The position numbers were made by a program, and so were the translations under genes. The notes under the pieces were generated by a model. The model was not told the DNA's origin. It was given only the letters and a program-made list of their open reading frames with translations, and did not search any database. This document shows, piece by piece, positions 15,001 through 30,000 of a DNA stretch of 64,000 nt; position 1 is the first letter of the stretch; each line of letters starts with the position of its first letter. Source of the DNA: Eledone cirrhosa (taxonomy: Eukaryota). The stretch is from NCBI GenBank assembly GCA_964016885.1, contig OZ024755.1:41230001-41294000 (forward strand), written 5' to 3'.

Positions 15001-18000
15001 CCAGTCTGTCAGATTCCATGGTGATCCCTGTTCTCTATGTCCTGTCTGTCACATTCCATGGTGATCCCTATTCTCTATGGCCAGTCTGTCAGATTCCATG
15101 GTGATCCCTGTTCTCTATGTCCAGTCTGTCAGATTCCATGGTGATCCCTGTTCTCTATGTCCAGTCTGTCAGATTCCATGGTGATCCCTGTTCTCTATGT
15201 CCAGCCTGTCAGATTCGATGGTGATCCCTGTTCTCTATGTCCAGCCTGTCAGATTCGATGGTGATCCCTGTTCTCTACGTCCAGTCTGTCAGATTCGATG
15301 GTGATCCCTGTCCTCTATGTCCTGTCTGTCAGATTCGATGGTGATCCCTGTTCTCTATGTCCTGTCTGTCAGATTCGATGGTGATCCCTGTTCTCTATGT
15401 CCTGTCTGTCAGATTCGATGGTGATCCCTGTTCTCTATGTCCAGCCTGTCAGATTCCATGGTGATCCCTGTTCTCTATGTCCAGTCTGTCAGATTCGATG
15501 GTGATCCCTGTTCTCTACGCCCAGTCTGTCAGATTCGATGGTGATCCCTGTTCTCTACGTCCAGCCTGTCAGATTCGATGGTGATCCCTGTTCTCTACGT
15601 CCAGTCTGTCAGATTCGATGGTGATCCCTGTTCACTACGTCCAGTCTGTCAGATTCGATGGTGATCCCTGTTCTCTATGTCCTGTCTGTCAGATTCGATG
15701 GTGATCCCTGTTCTCTACGTCCAGTCTGTCAGATTCCATGGTGATCCCTGTTCTCTATGTCCTGTCTGTCAGATTCGATGGTGATCCCTGTTCTCTTCGT
15801 CCTGTCTGTCAGATTCGATGGTGATCCCTGTTCTCTATGTCATGTCTGTCAGATTCGATGGTGATCCCTGTTCTCTATGTCCTGTCTGTCAGATTCCATG
15901 GTGATCCCTGTTCTCTATGTCCTGTCTGTCAGATTCGATGGTGATCCCTGTTCTCTATGTCCTGTCTGTCAGATTCGATGGTGATCCCTGTTCTCTATGT
16001 CCTGTCTGTCAGATTCCATGGTGATCCCTGTTCTCTATGTCCTGTCTGTCAGATTCGATGGTGATCCCTGTTCTCTACGTCCAGTCTGTCAGATTCGATG
16101 GTGATCCCTGTTCTCTATGTCCTGTCTGTCAGATTCCATGGTGATCCCTGTTCTCTATGTCCTGTCTGTCAGATTCGATGGTGATCCCTGTTCTCTATGT
16201 CCTGTCTTTCAGATTCGATGGTGATCCCTGTTCTCTATGTCCTGTCTGTCAGATTCGATGGTGATCCCTGTTCTCTACGTCCTGTCTGTCAGATTCGATG
16301 GTGATCCCTGTTCTCTATGTCCTGTCTGTCACATTCGATGGTGATCCCTGTTCTCTACGTCCAGTCTGTCAGATTCGATGGTGATCCCTGTTCTCTATGT
16401 CCTGTCTGTCAGATTCGATGGTGATCCCTGTTCTCTACGTCCAGTCTGTCAGATTCCATGGTGATCCCTGTTCTCTATGTCCAGTCTGTCAGATTCGATG
16501 GTGATCCCTGTTCTCTACGTCCAGTCTGTCAGATTCCATGGTGATCCCTGTTCTCTATGTCCAGTCTGTCAGATTCGATGGTGATCCCTGTTCTCTATGT
16601 CCTGTCTGTCAAATTCGATGGTGATCCCTGTTCTCTATGTCCTGTCTGTCAGATTCGATGGTGATCCCTGTTCTCTACGTCCAGTCTGTCAGATTCGATG
16701 GTGATCCCTGTTCTCTATGTCCTGTCTGTCAGATTCGATGGTGATCCCTGTTCTCTACGTCCAGTCTGTCAGATTCCATGGTGATCCCTGTTCTCTATGT
16801 CCAGTCTGTCAGATTCCATGGTGATCCCTGTTCTCTACGTCCTGTCTGTCAGATTCGATGGTGATCCCTGTTCTCTACGTCCAGTCTGTCAGATTCCATG
16901 GTGATCCCTGTTCTCTATGTCCAGTCTGTCAGATTCCATGGTGATCCCTGTTCTCTATGTCCTGTCTGTCAGATTCGATGGTGATCCCTGTTCTCTACGT
17001 CCTGTCTGTCAGATTCGATGGTGATCCCTGTTCTCTACGTCCAGTCTGTTAGATTCCATGGTGATCCCTGTTCTCTATGTCCAGTCTGTCAGATTCCATG
17101 GTGATCCCTGTTCTCTATGTCCTGTCTGTCAGATTCGATGGTGATTCCTGTTCTCTTCGTCCTGTCTGTCAGATTCGATGATGATCCCTGTTCTCTATAT
17201 CCTGTCTGTCAGATTCGATGGTGATCCCTGTTCTCTATGTCCTGTCTGTCAGATTCCATGGTGATCCCTGTTCTCTATGTCCTGTCTGTCAGATTCGATG
17301 GTGATCCCTGTTCTCTATGTCCTGTCTGTCAGATTCGATGGTGATCCCTGTTCTCTATGTCCTGTCTGTCAGATTCCATGGTGATCCCTGTTCTCTATGT
17401 CGTGTCTGTCAGATTCGATGGTGATCCCTGTTCTCTATGTCCTGTCTGTCAGATTCGATCGTGATCCCTGTTCTCTATGTCCTGTCTGTCAGATTCCATG
17501 GTGATCCCTGTTCTCTATGTCCTGTCTGTCAGATTCGATCGTGATCCCTGTTCTCTATGTCCTGTCTGTCAGATTCGATGGTGATCCCTGTTCTCTATGT
17601 CCTGTCTGTCAGATTCGATGGTGATCCCTGTTCTCTATGTCCTGTCTGTCAGATTCCATGGTGATCCCTGTTCTCTATGTCGTGTCTGTCAGATTCGATG
17701 GTGATCCCTGTTCTCTATGTCCTGTCTGTCAGATTCGATCGTGATCCCTGTTCTCTATGTCCTGTCTGTCAGATTCGATGGTGATCCCTGTTCTCTATGT
17801 CCTGTCTGTCAGATTCGATCGTGATCCCTGTTCTCTATGTCCTGTCTGTCAGATTCGATGGTGATCCCTGTTCTCTATGTCCTGTCTGTCAGATTCGATG
17901 GTGATCCCTGTTCTCTATGTCCTGTCTGTCAGATTCCATGGTGATCCCTGTTCTCTATGTCGTGTCTGTCAGATTCGATGGTGATCCCTGTTCTCTATGT

Positions 18001-21000
18001 CCTGTCTGTCAGATTCGATCGTGATCCCTGTTCTCTATGTCCTGTCTGTCAGATTCCATGGTGATCCCTGTTCTCTATGTCCTGTCTGTCAGATTCGATC
18101 GTGATCCCTGTTCTCTATGTCCTGTCTGTCAGATTCGATGGTGATCCCTGTTCTCTACGTCCAGTCTGTCAGATTCGATGGTGATCCCTGTTCTCTATGT
18201 CCTGTCTGTCAGATTCCATGGTGATCGCTGTTCTCTATGTCCTGTCTGTCACATTCCATGGTGATCCCTATTTTCTATGGCCAGTCTGTCAGATTCCATG
18301 GTGATCCCTGTTCTCTATGTCCAGTCTGTCAGATTCCATGGTGATCCCTGTTTTCTATGTCCAGTCTGTCAGATTCCATGGTGATCCCTGTTCTCTATGT
18401 CCAGTCTGTCAGATTCCATGGTGATCTCTGTTCTCTATGTCCAGCCTGTCAGATTCCATGTTGATCCCTGTTCTCTACGTCCAGTCTGTCAGATTCCATG
18501 GTGATCCCTGTTCTCTATGTCCTGTCTGTCAGATTCCATGGTGATCCCTGTTCTCTATGTCCAGTCTGTCAGATTCCATGGTGATCCCTGTTCTCTACGT
18601 CCAGTCTGTCAGATTCCATGGTGATCCCTGTTCTCTATGTCCTGTCTGTCAGATTCCATGGTGATCCCTGTTCTCTATGTCCAGTCTGTCAGATTCCATG
18701 GTGATCCCTGTTCTCTACGTCCAGTCTGTCAGATTCCATGGTGATCCCTGTTCTCTATGTCCTGTCTGTCACATTCCATGGTGATCCCTATTCCCTATGG
18801 CCAGTCTGTCAGATTCCATGGTGATCCCTGTTCTCTATGTCCTGTCTGTCACATTCCATGGTGATCCCTATTCTCTATGGCCAGTCTGTCAGATTCCATG
18901 GTGATCCCTGTTCTCTATGTCCAGTCTGTCAGATTCCATGGTGATCCCTGTTCTCTATGTCCAGTCTGTCAGATTCCATGGTGATCCCTGTTCTCTATAT
19001 CCAGCCTGTCAGATTCGATGGTGATCCCTGTTCTCTATGTCCAGCCTGTCAGATTCGATGGTGATCCCTGTTCTCTACGTCCAGTCTGTCAGATTCGATG
19101 GTGATCCCTGTTCTCTACGTCCAGTCTGTCAGATTCGATGGTGATCCCTGTTCTCTATGTCCTGTCTGTCAGATTCGATGGTCATCCCTGTTCTCTACGT
19201 CCAGTCTGTCAGATTCGATGGTGATGCCTGTTCTCTATGTCCAGTCTGTCAGATTCCATGGTGATCCCTGTTCTCTATGTCCAGCCTGTCAGATTCCATG
19301 GTGATCCCTGTTCTCTATGTCCTGTCTGTCACATTCCGTGGTGATCCCTATTCTCTATGGCCAGTCTGTCAGATTCCATGGTGATCCCTGTTCTCTATGT
19401 CCTGTCTGTCAGATTCGATGGTGATCCCTGTTCTCTATGTTCAGCCTGTCAGATTCGATGGTGATCCCTGTTCTCTACGTCCAGTCTGTCAGATTCGATG
19501 GTGATCCCTGTTCACTACGTCCAGTCTGTCAGATTCGATGGTGATCCCTGTTCTCTACGTCCAGTCTGTCAGATTCGATGGTGATCCCTGTTCTCTATGT
19601 CCTGTCTGTCAGATTCCATGGTGATCCCTGTACTCTACATCCAGTCTGTCAGATTCGATGGTGATCCCTGTTCTCTACGTCCAGTCTGTCAGATTCGATG
19701 GTGATCCCTGTTCTCTACGTCCAGTCTGTCAGATTCGATGGTGATCCCTGTTCTCTACGTCCAGTCTGTCAGATTCGATGGTGATCCCTGTTCCCTACGT
19801 CCAGTCTGTCAGATTCGATGGTGATCCCTGTTCTCTACGTCCAGTCTGTCAGATTCGATGGTGCTCCCTGTTCTCTACGTCCAGTCTGTCAGATTCGATG
19901 GTGATCCCTGTTCTCTGTGTCCTGTCTGTCAGATTCCATGGTGATCCCTGTTCTCTATGTCCTGTCTGTCAGATTCGATGGTGATCCCTGTTCTCTACGT
20001 CCTGTCTGTCAGATTCCATGGTGATCCCTGTTCTCTAAGTCCTGTCTGTCAGATTCCATGGTGATCCCTGTTCTCTATGTCCTGTTTGTCAGATTCCATG
20101 GTGATCCCTGTTCTCTATGTCCTGTCTGTCAGATTCCATGGTGATCCCTGTTCTCTATGTCCTGTCTGTCAGATTCCATGGTGATCCCTGTTCTCTACGT
20201 CCAGCCTGTCAGATTCCATGGTGATCCCTGTTCTCTATGTCCTGTCTGTCAGATTCCATGGTGATCCCTGTTCTCTATGTCCTGTCTGTCAGATTCCATG
20301 GTGATCCCTGTTCTCTACGTCCAGCCTGTCAGATTCCATGGTGATCCCTGTTCTCTATGTCCTGTCTGTCAGATTCCATGGTGATCCCTGTTCTCTATGT
20401 CCAGCCTGTCAGATTCCATGGTGATCCCTGTTCTCTACGTCTAGCCTGTCAGATTCCATGGTGATCCCTGTTCTCTATGTCCTGTCTGTCAGATTCCATG
20501 GTGATCCCTGTTCTCTATGTCCTGTCTGTCAGATTCCATGGTGATCCCTGTTCTCTATGTCCTGTCTGTCAATTTCCTTAGTGATCCCTGTTCTCTACGT
20601 CCAGCCTGTCAGATTCCATGGTGATCCCTGTTCTCTATGTCCTGTCTGTCAGATTCCATGGTGATCCCTGTTCTTTATGTCCTGTCTGTCAGATTCCATG
20701 GTGATCCCTGTTCTCTATGTCCTGTCTGTCACATTCCATGGTGATCCCTGTTCTCTACGTCCAGTCTGTCAGATTCCATGGTGATCCCTGTTCTCTACGT
20801 CCAGTCTGTCAGATTCGATGGTGATCCCTGTTCTCTATGTCCTGTCTGTCAGATTCGATGGTGATCCCTGTTCTCTACGTCCAGTCTGTCAGATTCGATG
20901 GTGATCCCTGTTCTCTATGTCCTGTCTGTCAGATTCGATGGTGATCCCTGTTCTCTTCGTCCTGTCTGTCAGATTCGATGGTGATCCCTGTTCTCTATGT

Positions 21001-24000
21001 CATGTCTGTCAGATTCGATGGTGATCCCTGTTCTCTATGTCCTGTCTGTCAGATTCGATGGTGATCCCTGTTCTCTATGTCCTGTCTGTCAGATTCGATG
21101 GTGATCCCTGTTCTCTATGTCCTGTCTGTCAGATTCGATGGTGATCCCTGTTCTCTATGTCCTGTCTATCAGATTCCATGGTGATCCCTGTTCTCTATGT
21201 CCTGTCTGTCAGATTCGATGGTGATCCCTGTTCTCTACGTCCAGTCTGTCAGATTCGATGGTGATCCCTGTTCTCTATGTCCTGTCTGTCAGATTCCATG
21301 GTGATCCCTGTTCTCTATGTCCTGTCTGTCAGATTCGATGGTGATCCCTGTTCTCTATGTCCTGTCTTTCAGATTCGATGGTGATCCCTGTTCTCTATGT
21401 CCTGTCTGTCAGATTCGATGGTGATCCCTGTTCTCTACGTTCTGTCTGTCAGATTCGATGGTGATCCCTGTTCTCTATGTCCTGTCTGTCAGATTCGATG
21501 GTGATCCCTGTTCTCTACGTCCAGTCTGTCAGATTCGATGGTGATCCCTGTTCTCTATGTCCTGTCTGTCAGATTCGAAGGTGATCCCTGTTCTCTACGT
21601 CCAGTCTGTCAGATTCCATGGTGATCCCTGTTCTCTATGTCCAGTCTGTCAGATTCGATGGTGATCCCTGTTCTCTACGTCCAGTCTGTCAGATTCCATG
21701 GTGATCCCTGTTCTCTATGTCCAGTCTGTCAGATTCGATGGTGATCCCTGTTCTCTATGTGCTGTCTGTCAGATTCGATGGTGATCCCTGTTCTCTATGT
21801 CCTGTCTGTCAGATTCCATGGTGATCCCTGTTCTCTATGTCCTGTCTGTCAGATTCCATGGTGATCCCTGTTCTCTACGTCCAGCCTGTCAGATTCCATG
21901 GTGATCCCTGTTCTCTATGTCCTGTCTGTCAGATTCCATGGTGATCCCTGTTCTCTATGTCCAGCCTGTCAGATTCCATGGTGATCCCTGTTCTCTACGT
22001 CCAGCCTGTCAGATTCCATGGTGATCCCTGTTCTCTATGTCCTGTCTGTCAGATTCCATGGTGATCCCTGTTCTCTATGTCCTGTCTGTCAGATTCCATG
22101 GTGATCCCTGTTCTCTATGTCCTGTCTGTCAGATTCCATAGTGATCCCTGTTCTCTACATCCAGCCTGTCAGATTCCATGGTGATCCCTGTTCTCTATGT
22201 CCTGTCTGTCAGATTCCATGGTGATCCCTGTTCTCTATGTCCTGTCTGTCACATTCCATGGTGATCCCTGTTCTCTATGTCCAGTCTGTCAGTTTCCATG
22301 GTGATCCCTGTTCTCTACGTCCAGTCTGTCAGATTCGGTGGTGATCCCTGTTCTCTATGTCCTGTCTGTCAGATTCGATGGTGATCCCTGTTCTCTATGT
22401 CCTGTCTGTCAGATTCGATGGTGATCCCTGTTCTCTATGTCCTGTCTGTCAGATTCGATGGTGATCCCTGTTCTCTATGTCCTGTCTGTCAGATTCGATG
22501 GTGATCCCTGTTCTCTACGTCCTGTCTGTCAGATTCCATGGTGATCCCTGTTCTCTACGTCCAGTCTGTCAGATTCCATGGTGATCCCTGTTCTCTATGT
22601 CCAGTCTGTCAGATTCCATGGTGATCCCTGTTCTCTATGTCCAGTCTGTCAGATTCGATGGTGATCCCTGTTCTCTATGTCCTGTCTGTCAGATTCGATG
22701 GTGATCCCTGTTCTCTTCGTCCTGTCTGTCAGATTCGATGGTGATCCCTGTTCTCTATGTCCTGTCTGTCAGATTCCATGGTGATCCCTGTTCTCTATGT
22801 CCTGTCTGTCAGATTCGATGGTGATCCCTGTTCTCTATGTCCTGTCTTTCAGATTCGATGGTGATCCCTGTTCTCTATGTCCTGTCTGTCAGATTCGATG
22901 GTGATCCCTGTTCTCTACGTCCTGTCTGTCAGATTCGATGGTGATCCCTGTTCTCTATGTCCTGTCTGTCAGATTCGATGGTGATCCCTGTTCTCTACGT
23001 CCAGTCTGTCAGATTCGATGGTGATCCCTGTTCTCTATGTCCTGTCTGTCAGATTCGATGGTGATCCCTGTTCTCTTCGTCCTGTCTGTCAGATTCGATG
23101 GTGATCCCTGTTCTCTATGTCATGTCTGTCAGATTCGATGGTGATCCCTGTTCTCTATGTCCTGTCTGTCAGATTCGATGGTGATCCCTGTTCTCTATGT
23201 CCTGTCTGTCAGATTCGATGGTGATCCCTGTTCTCTATGTCCTGTCTGTCAGATTCGATGGTGATCCCTGTTCTCTATGTCCTGTCTATCAGATTCCATG
23301 GTGATCCCTGTTCTCTATGTCCTGTCTGTCAGATTCGATGGTGATCCCTGTTCTCTACGTCCAGTCTGTCAGATTCGATGGTGATCCCTGTTCTCTATGT
23401 CCTGTCTGTCAGATTCCATGGTGATCCCTGTTCTCTATGTCCTGTCTGTCAGATTCGATGGTGATCCCTGTTCTCTATGTCCTGTCTTTCAGATTCGATG
23501 GTGATCCCTGTTCTCTATGTCCTGTCTGTCAGATTCGATGGTGATCCCTGTTCTCTACGTTCTGTCTGTCAGATTCGATGGTGATCCCTGTTCTCTATGT
23601 CCTGTCTGTCAGATTCGATGGTGATCCCTGTTCTCTACGTCCAGTCTGTCAGATTCGATGGTGATCCCTGTTCTCTATGTCCTGTCTGTCAGATTCGAAG
23701 GTGATCCCTGTTCTCTACGTCCAGTCTGTCAGATTCCATGGTGATCCCTGTTCTCTATGTCCAGTCTGTCAGATTCGATGGTGATCCCTGTTCTCTACGT
23801 CCAGTCTGTCAGATTCCATGGTGATCCCTGTTCTCTATGTCCAGTCTGTCAGATTCGATGGTGATCCCTGTTCTCTATGTGCTGTCTGTCAGATTCGATG
23901 GTGATCCCTGTTCTCTATGTCCTGTCTGTCAGATTCCATGGTGATCCCTGTTCTCTATGTCCTGTCTGTCAGATTCCATGGTGATCCCTGTTCTCTACGT

Positions 24001-27000
24001 CCAGCCTGTCAGATTCCATGGTGATCCCTGTTCTCTATGTCCTGTCTGTCAGATTCCATGGTGATCCCTGTTCTCTATGTCCAGCCTGTCAGATTCCATG
24101 GTGATCCCTGTTCTCTACGTCCAGCCTGTCAGATTCCATGGTGATCCCTGTTCTCTATGTCCTGTCTGTCAGATTCCATGGTGATCCCTGTTCTCTATGT
24201 CCTGTCTGTCAGATTCCATGGTGATCCCTGTTCTCTATGTCCTGTCTGTCAGATTCCATAGTGATCCCTGTTCTCTACATCCAGCCTGTCAGATTCCATG
24301 GTGATCCCTGTTCTCTATGTCCTGTCTGTCAGATTCCATGGTGATCCCTGTTCTCTATGTCCTGTCTGTCACATTCCATGGTGATCCCTGTTCTCTATGT
24401 CCAGTCTGTCAGTTTCCATGGTGATCCCTGTTCTCTACGTCCAGTCTGTCAGATTCGGTGGTGATCCCTGTTCTCTATGTCCTGTCTGTCAGATTCGATG
24501 GTGATCCCTGTTCTCTATGTCCTGTCTGTCAGATTCGATGGTGATCCCTGTTCTCTATGTCCTGTCTGTCAGATTCGATGGTGATCCCTGTTCTCTATGT
24601 CCTGTCTGTCAGATTCGATGGTGATCCCTGTTCTCTACGTCCTGTCTGTCAGATTCCATGGTGATCCCTGTTCTCTACGTCCAGTCTGTCAGATTCCATG
24701 GTGATCCCTGTTCTCTATGTCCAGTCTGTCAGATTCCATGGTGATCCCTGTTCTCTATGTCCAGTCTGTCAGATTCGATGGTGATCCCTGTTCTCTATGT
24801 CCTGTCTGTCAGATTCGATGGTGATCCCTGTTCTCTTCGTCCTGTCTGTCAGATTCGATGGTGATCCCTGTTCTCTATGTCCTGTCTGTCAGATTCCATG
24901 GTGATCCCTGTTCTCTATGTCCTGTCTGTCAGATTCGATGGTGATCCCTGTTCTCTATGTCCTGTCTTTCAGATTCGATGGTGATCCCTGTTCTCTATGT
25001 CCTGTCTGTCAGATTCGATGGTGATCCCTGTTCTCTACGTCCTGTCTGTCAGATTCGATGGTGATCCCTGTTCTCTATGTCCTGTCTGTCAGATTCGATG
25101 GTGATCCCTGTTCTCTACGTCCAGTCTGTCAGATTCGATGGTGATCCCTGTTCTCTACGTCCAGTCTGTCAGATTCCATGGTGATCCCTGTTCTCTATGT
25201 CCAGTCTGTCAGATTCGATGGTGATCCCTGTTCTCTACGTCCAGTCTGTCAGATTCCATGGTGATCCTTGTTCTCTATGTCCAGTCTGTCAGATTCGATG
25301 GTGATCCCTGTTCTCTATGTCCTGTCTGTCAGATTCGATGGTGATCCCTGTTCTCTATGTCCTGTCTGTCAGATTCGATGGTGATCCCTGTTCTCTACGT
25401 CCAGTCTGTCAGATTCGATGGTGATCCCTGTTCTCTATGTCCTGTCTGTCAGATTCGATGGTGATCCCTGTTCTCTACGTCCAGTCTGTCAGATTCCATG
25501 GTGATCCCTGTTCTCTATGTCCAGTCTGTCAGATTCCATGGTGATCCCTGTTCTCTACGTCCTGTCTGTCAGATTCGATGGTGATCCCTGTTCGCTACGT
25601 CCAGTCTGTCAGATTCCATGGTGATCCCTGTTCTCTATGTCCAGTCTGTCAGATTCCATGGTGATCCCTGTTCTCTATGTCCTGTCTGTCAGATTCGATG
25701 GTGATCCCTGTTCTCTACGTCCTGTCTGTCAGATTCGATGGTGATCCCTGTTCTCTACGTCCAGTCTGTCAGATTCCATGGTGATCCCTGTTCTCTATGT
25801 CCTGTCTGTCAGATTCGATGGTGATTCCTGTTCTCTTCGTCCTGTCTGTCAGATTCGATGGTGATCCCTGTTCTCTATGTCCTGTCTGTCAGATTCGATG
25901 GTGATCCCTGTTCTCTATGTCCTGTCTGTCAGATTCCATGGTGATCCCTGTTCTCTATGTCCTGTCTGTCAGATTCGATGGTGATCCCTGTTCTCTATGT
26001 CCTGTCTGTCAGATTCGATGGTGATCTCTGTTCTCTATGTCCTGTCTGTCAGATTCCATGGTGATCCCTGTTCTCTATGTCCTGTCTGTCAGATTCGATG
26101 GTGATCCCTGTTCTCTACGTCCAGTCTGTCAGATTCGATGGTGATCCCTGTTCTCTATGTCCTGTCTGTCAGATTCCATGGTGATCCCTGTTCTCTATGT
26201 CCTGTCTGTCAGATTCGATGGTGATCCCTGTTCTCTATGTCCTGTCTTTCAGATTCGATGGTGATCCCTGTTCTCTATGTCCTGTCTGTCAGATTCGATG
26301 GTGATCCCTGTTCTCTACGTCCTGTCTGTCAGATTCGATGGTGATCCCTGTTCTCTATGTCCTGTCTGTCAGATTCGATGGTGATCCCTGTTCTCTATGT
26401 CCTGTCTGTCAGATTCCATGGTGATCCCTGTTCTCTATGTCCTGTCTGTCAGATTCGATGGTGATCCCTGTTCTCTACGTCCTGTCTGTCAGATTCCATG
26501 GTGATCCCTGTTCTCTAAGTCCTGTCTGTCAGATTCGATGGTGATCCCTGTTCTCTATGTCCTGTCTGTCAGATTCCATGGTGATCCCTGTTCTCTATGT
26601 CCTGTCTGTCAGATTCCATGGTGATCCCTGTTCTCTATGTCCTGTCTGTCAGATTCCATGGTGATCCCTGTTCTCTACGTCCAGCCTGTCAGATTCCATG
26701 GTGATCCCTGTTCTCTATGTCCTGTCTGTCAGATTCCATGGTGATCCCTGTTCTCTATGTCCTGTCTGTCAGATTCCATGGTGATCCCTGTTCTCTACGT
26801 CCAGCCTGTCAGATTCCATGGTGATCCCTGTTCTCTATGTCCTGTCTGTCAGATTCCATGGTGATCCCTGTTCTCTATGTCCAGCCTGTCAGATTCCATG
26901 GTGATCCCTGTTCTCTACGTCCAGCCTGTCAGATTCCATGGTGATCCCTGTTCTCTATGTCCTGTCTGTCAGATTCCATGGTGATCCCTGTTCTCTATGT

Positions 27001-30000
27001 CCTGTCTGTCAGATTCCATGGTGATCCCTGTTCTCTATGTCCTGTCTGTCAGATTCCATAGTGATCCCTGTTCTCTACGTCCAGCCTGTCAGATTCCATG
27101 GTGATCCCTGTTCTCTATGTCCTGTCTGTCAGATTCCATGGTGATCCCTGTTCTCTATGTCCTGTCTGTCAGATTCCATGGTGATCCCTGTTCTCTATGT
27201 CCTGTCTGTCACATTCCATGGTGATCCCTGTTCTCTATGTCCAGTCTGTCAGATTCCATGGTGATCCCTGTTCTCTACGTCCAGTCTGTCAGATTCGATG
27301 GTGATCCCTGTTCTCTATGTCCTGTCTGTCAGATTCGATGGTGATCCCTGTTCTCTATGTCCTGTCTGTCAGATTCGATGGTGATCCCTGTTCTCTACGT
27401 CCAGTCTGTCAGATTCGATGGTGATCCCTGTTCTCTATGTCCTGTCTGTCAGATTCGATGGTGATCCCTGTTCTCTTCGTCCTGTCTGTCAGATTCGATG
27501 GTGATCCCTGTTCTCTATGTCCTGTCTGTCAGATTCGATGGTGATCCCTGTTCTCTATGTCCTGTCTGTCAGATTCCATGGTGATCCCTGTTCTCTATGT
27601 CCTGTCTGTCAGATTCGATGGTGATCCCTGTTCTCTATGTCCTGTCTGTCAGATTCGATGGTGATCCCTGTTCTCTATGTCCTGTCTGTCAGATTCCATG
27701 GTGATCCCTGTTCTCAATGTCCTGTCTGTCAGATTCGATGGTGATCCCTGTTCTCTTCGTCCTGTCTGTCAGATTCGATGGTGATCCCTGTTCTCTATGT
27801 CCTGTCTGTCAGATTCGATGGTGATCCCTGTTCTCTATGTCCTGTCTGTCAGATTCGATGGTGATCCCTGTTCTCTATGTCCTGTCTGTCAGATTCGATG
27901 GTGATCCCTGTTCTCTTCGTCCTGTCTGTCAGATTCGATGGTGATCCCTGTTCTCTATGTCCTGTCTGTCAGATTCGATGGTGATCCCTGTTCTCTATGT
28001 CCTGTCTGTCAGATTCCATGGTGATCCCTGTTCTCTTCGTCCTGTCTGTCAGATTCGATGGTGATCCCTGTACTCTATGTCCTGTCTGTCAGATTCGATG
28101 GTGATCCCTGTTCTCTATGTCCTGTCTGTCAGATTCCATGGTGATCCCTGTTCTCTATGTCCTGTCTGTCAGATTCGATGGTGATCCCTGTTCTCTATGT
28201 CCTGTCTGTCAGATTCGATGGTGATCCCTGTTCTCTATGTCCTGTCTGTCAGATTCCATGGTGATCCCTGTTCTCAATGTCCTGTCTGTCAGATTCGATG
28301 GTGATCCCTGTTCTCTTCGTCCTGTCTGTCAGATTCGATGGTGATCCCTGTTCTCTATGTCCTGTCTGTCAGATTCGATGGTGATCCCTGTTCTCTATGT
28401 CCTGTCTGTCAGATTCGATGGTGATCCCTGTTCTCTATGTCCTGTCTGTCAGATTCCATGGTGATCCCTGTTCTCAATGTCCTGTCTGTCAGATTCGATG
28501 GTGATCCCTGTTCTCTACGTCCAGTCTGTCAGATTCGATGGTGATCCCTGTTCTCTATGTCCTGTCTGTCAGATTCCATGGTGATCCCTGTTCTCTATGT
28601 CCTGTCTGTCAGATTCGATGGTGATCCCTGTTCTCTATGTCCTGTCTTTCAGATTCGATGGTGATCCCTGTTCTCTATGTCCTGTCTGTCAGATTCGATG
28701 GTGATCCCTGTTCTCTACGTCCTGTCTGTCAGATTCGATGGTGATCCCTGTTCTCTATGTCCTGTCTGTCAGATTCGATGGTGATCCCTGTTCTCTACGT
28801 CCAGTCTGTCAGATTCGATGGTGATCCCTGTTCTCTATGTCCTGTCTGTCAGATTCGATGGTGAACCCTGTTCTCTACGTCCAGTCTGTCAGATTCGATG
28901 GTGATCCCTGTTCTCTATGTCCAGTCTGTCAGATTCGATGGTGATCCCTGTTCTCTACGTCCAGTCTGTCAGATTCCATGGTGATCCCTGTTCTCTATGT
29001 CCAGTCTGTCAGATTCGATGGTGATCCCTGTTCTCTACGTCCAGTCTGTCAGATTCGATGGTGATCCCTGTTCTCTATGTCCTGTCTGTCAGATTCGATG
29101 GTGATCCCTGTTCTCTACGTCCAGTCTGTCAGATTCGATGGTGATCCCTGTTCTCTATGTCCTGTCTGTCAGATTCGATGGTGATCCCTGTTCTCTATGT
29201 CCTGTCTGTCAGATTCCATGGTGATCCCTGTTCTCTATGTCCTGTCTGTCAGATTCCATGGTGATCCCTGTTCTCTATGTCCTGTCTGTCAGATTCCATG
29301 GTGATCCCTGTTCTCTACGTCCAGCCTGTCAGATTCCATGGTGATCCCTGTTCTCTATGTCCTGTCTGTCAGATTCCATGGTGATCCCTGTTCTCTATGT
29401 CCTGTCTGTCAGATTCCATGGTGATCCCTGTTCTCTATGTCCTGTCTGTCACATTCCATGGTGATCCCTGTTCTCTATGTCCAGTCTGTCAGATTCCATG
29501 GTGATCCCTGTTCTCTACGTCCAGTCTGTCAGCTTCGATGGTGATCCCTGTTCTCTATGTCTTGTCTGTCAGATTCGATGGTGATCCCTGTTCTCTACGT
29601 CCAGTCTGTCAGATTCGATGGTGATCCCTGTTCTCTATGTCCTGTCTGTCAGATTCGATGGTGATCCCTGTTCTCTTCGTCCTGTCTGTCAGATTCGATG
29701 GTGATCCCTGTTCTCTATGTCCTGTCTGTCAGATTCGATGTTGATCCCTGTTCTCTATGTCCTGTCTGTCAGATTCCATGGTGATCCCTGTTCTCTATGT
29801 CCTGTCTGTCAGATTCGATGGTGATCCCTGTTCTCTATGTCCTGTCTGTCAGATTCGATGGTGATCCCTGTTCTCTATGTCCTGTCTGTCAGATTCCATG
29901 GTGATCCCTGTTCTCTATGTCCTGTCTGTCAGATTCGATGGTGATCCCTGTTCTCTACGTCCAGTCTGTCAGATTCGATGGTGATCCCTGTTCTCTATGT

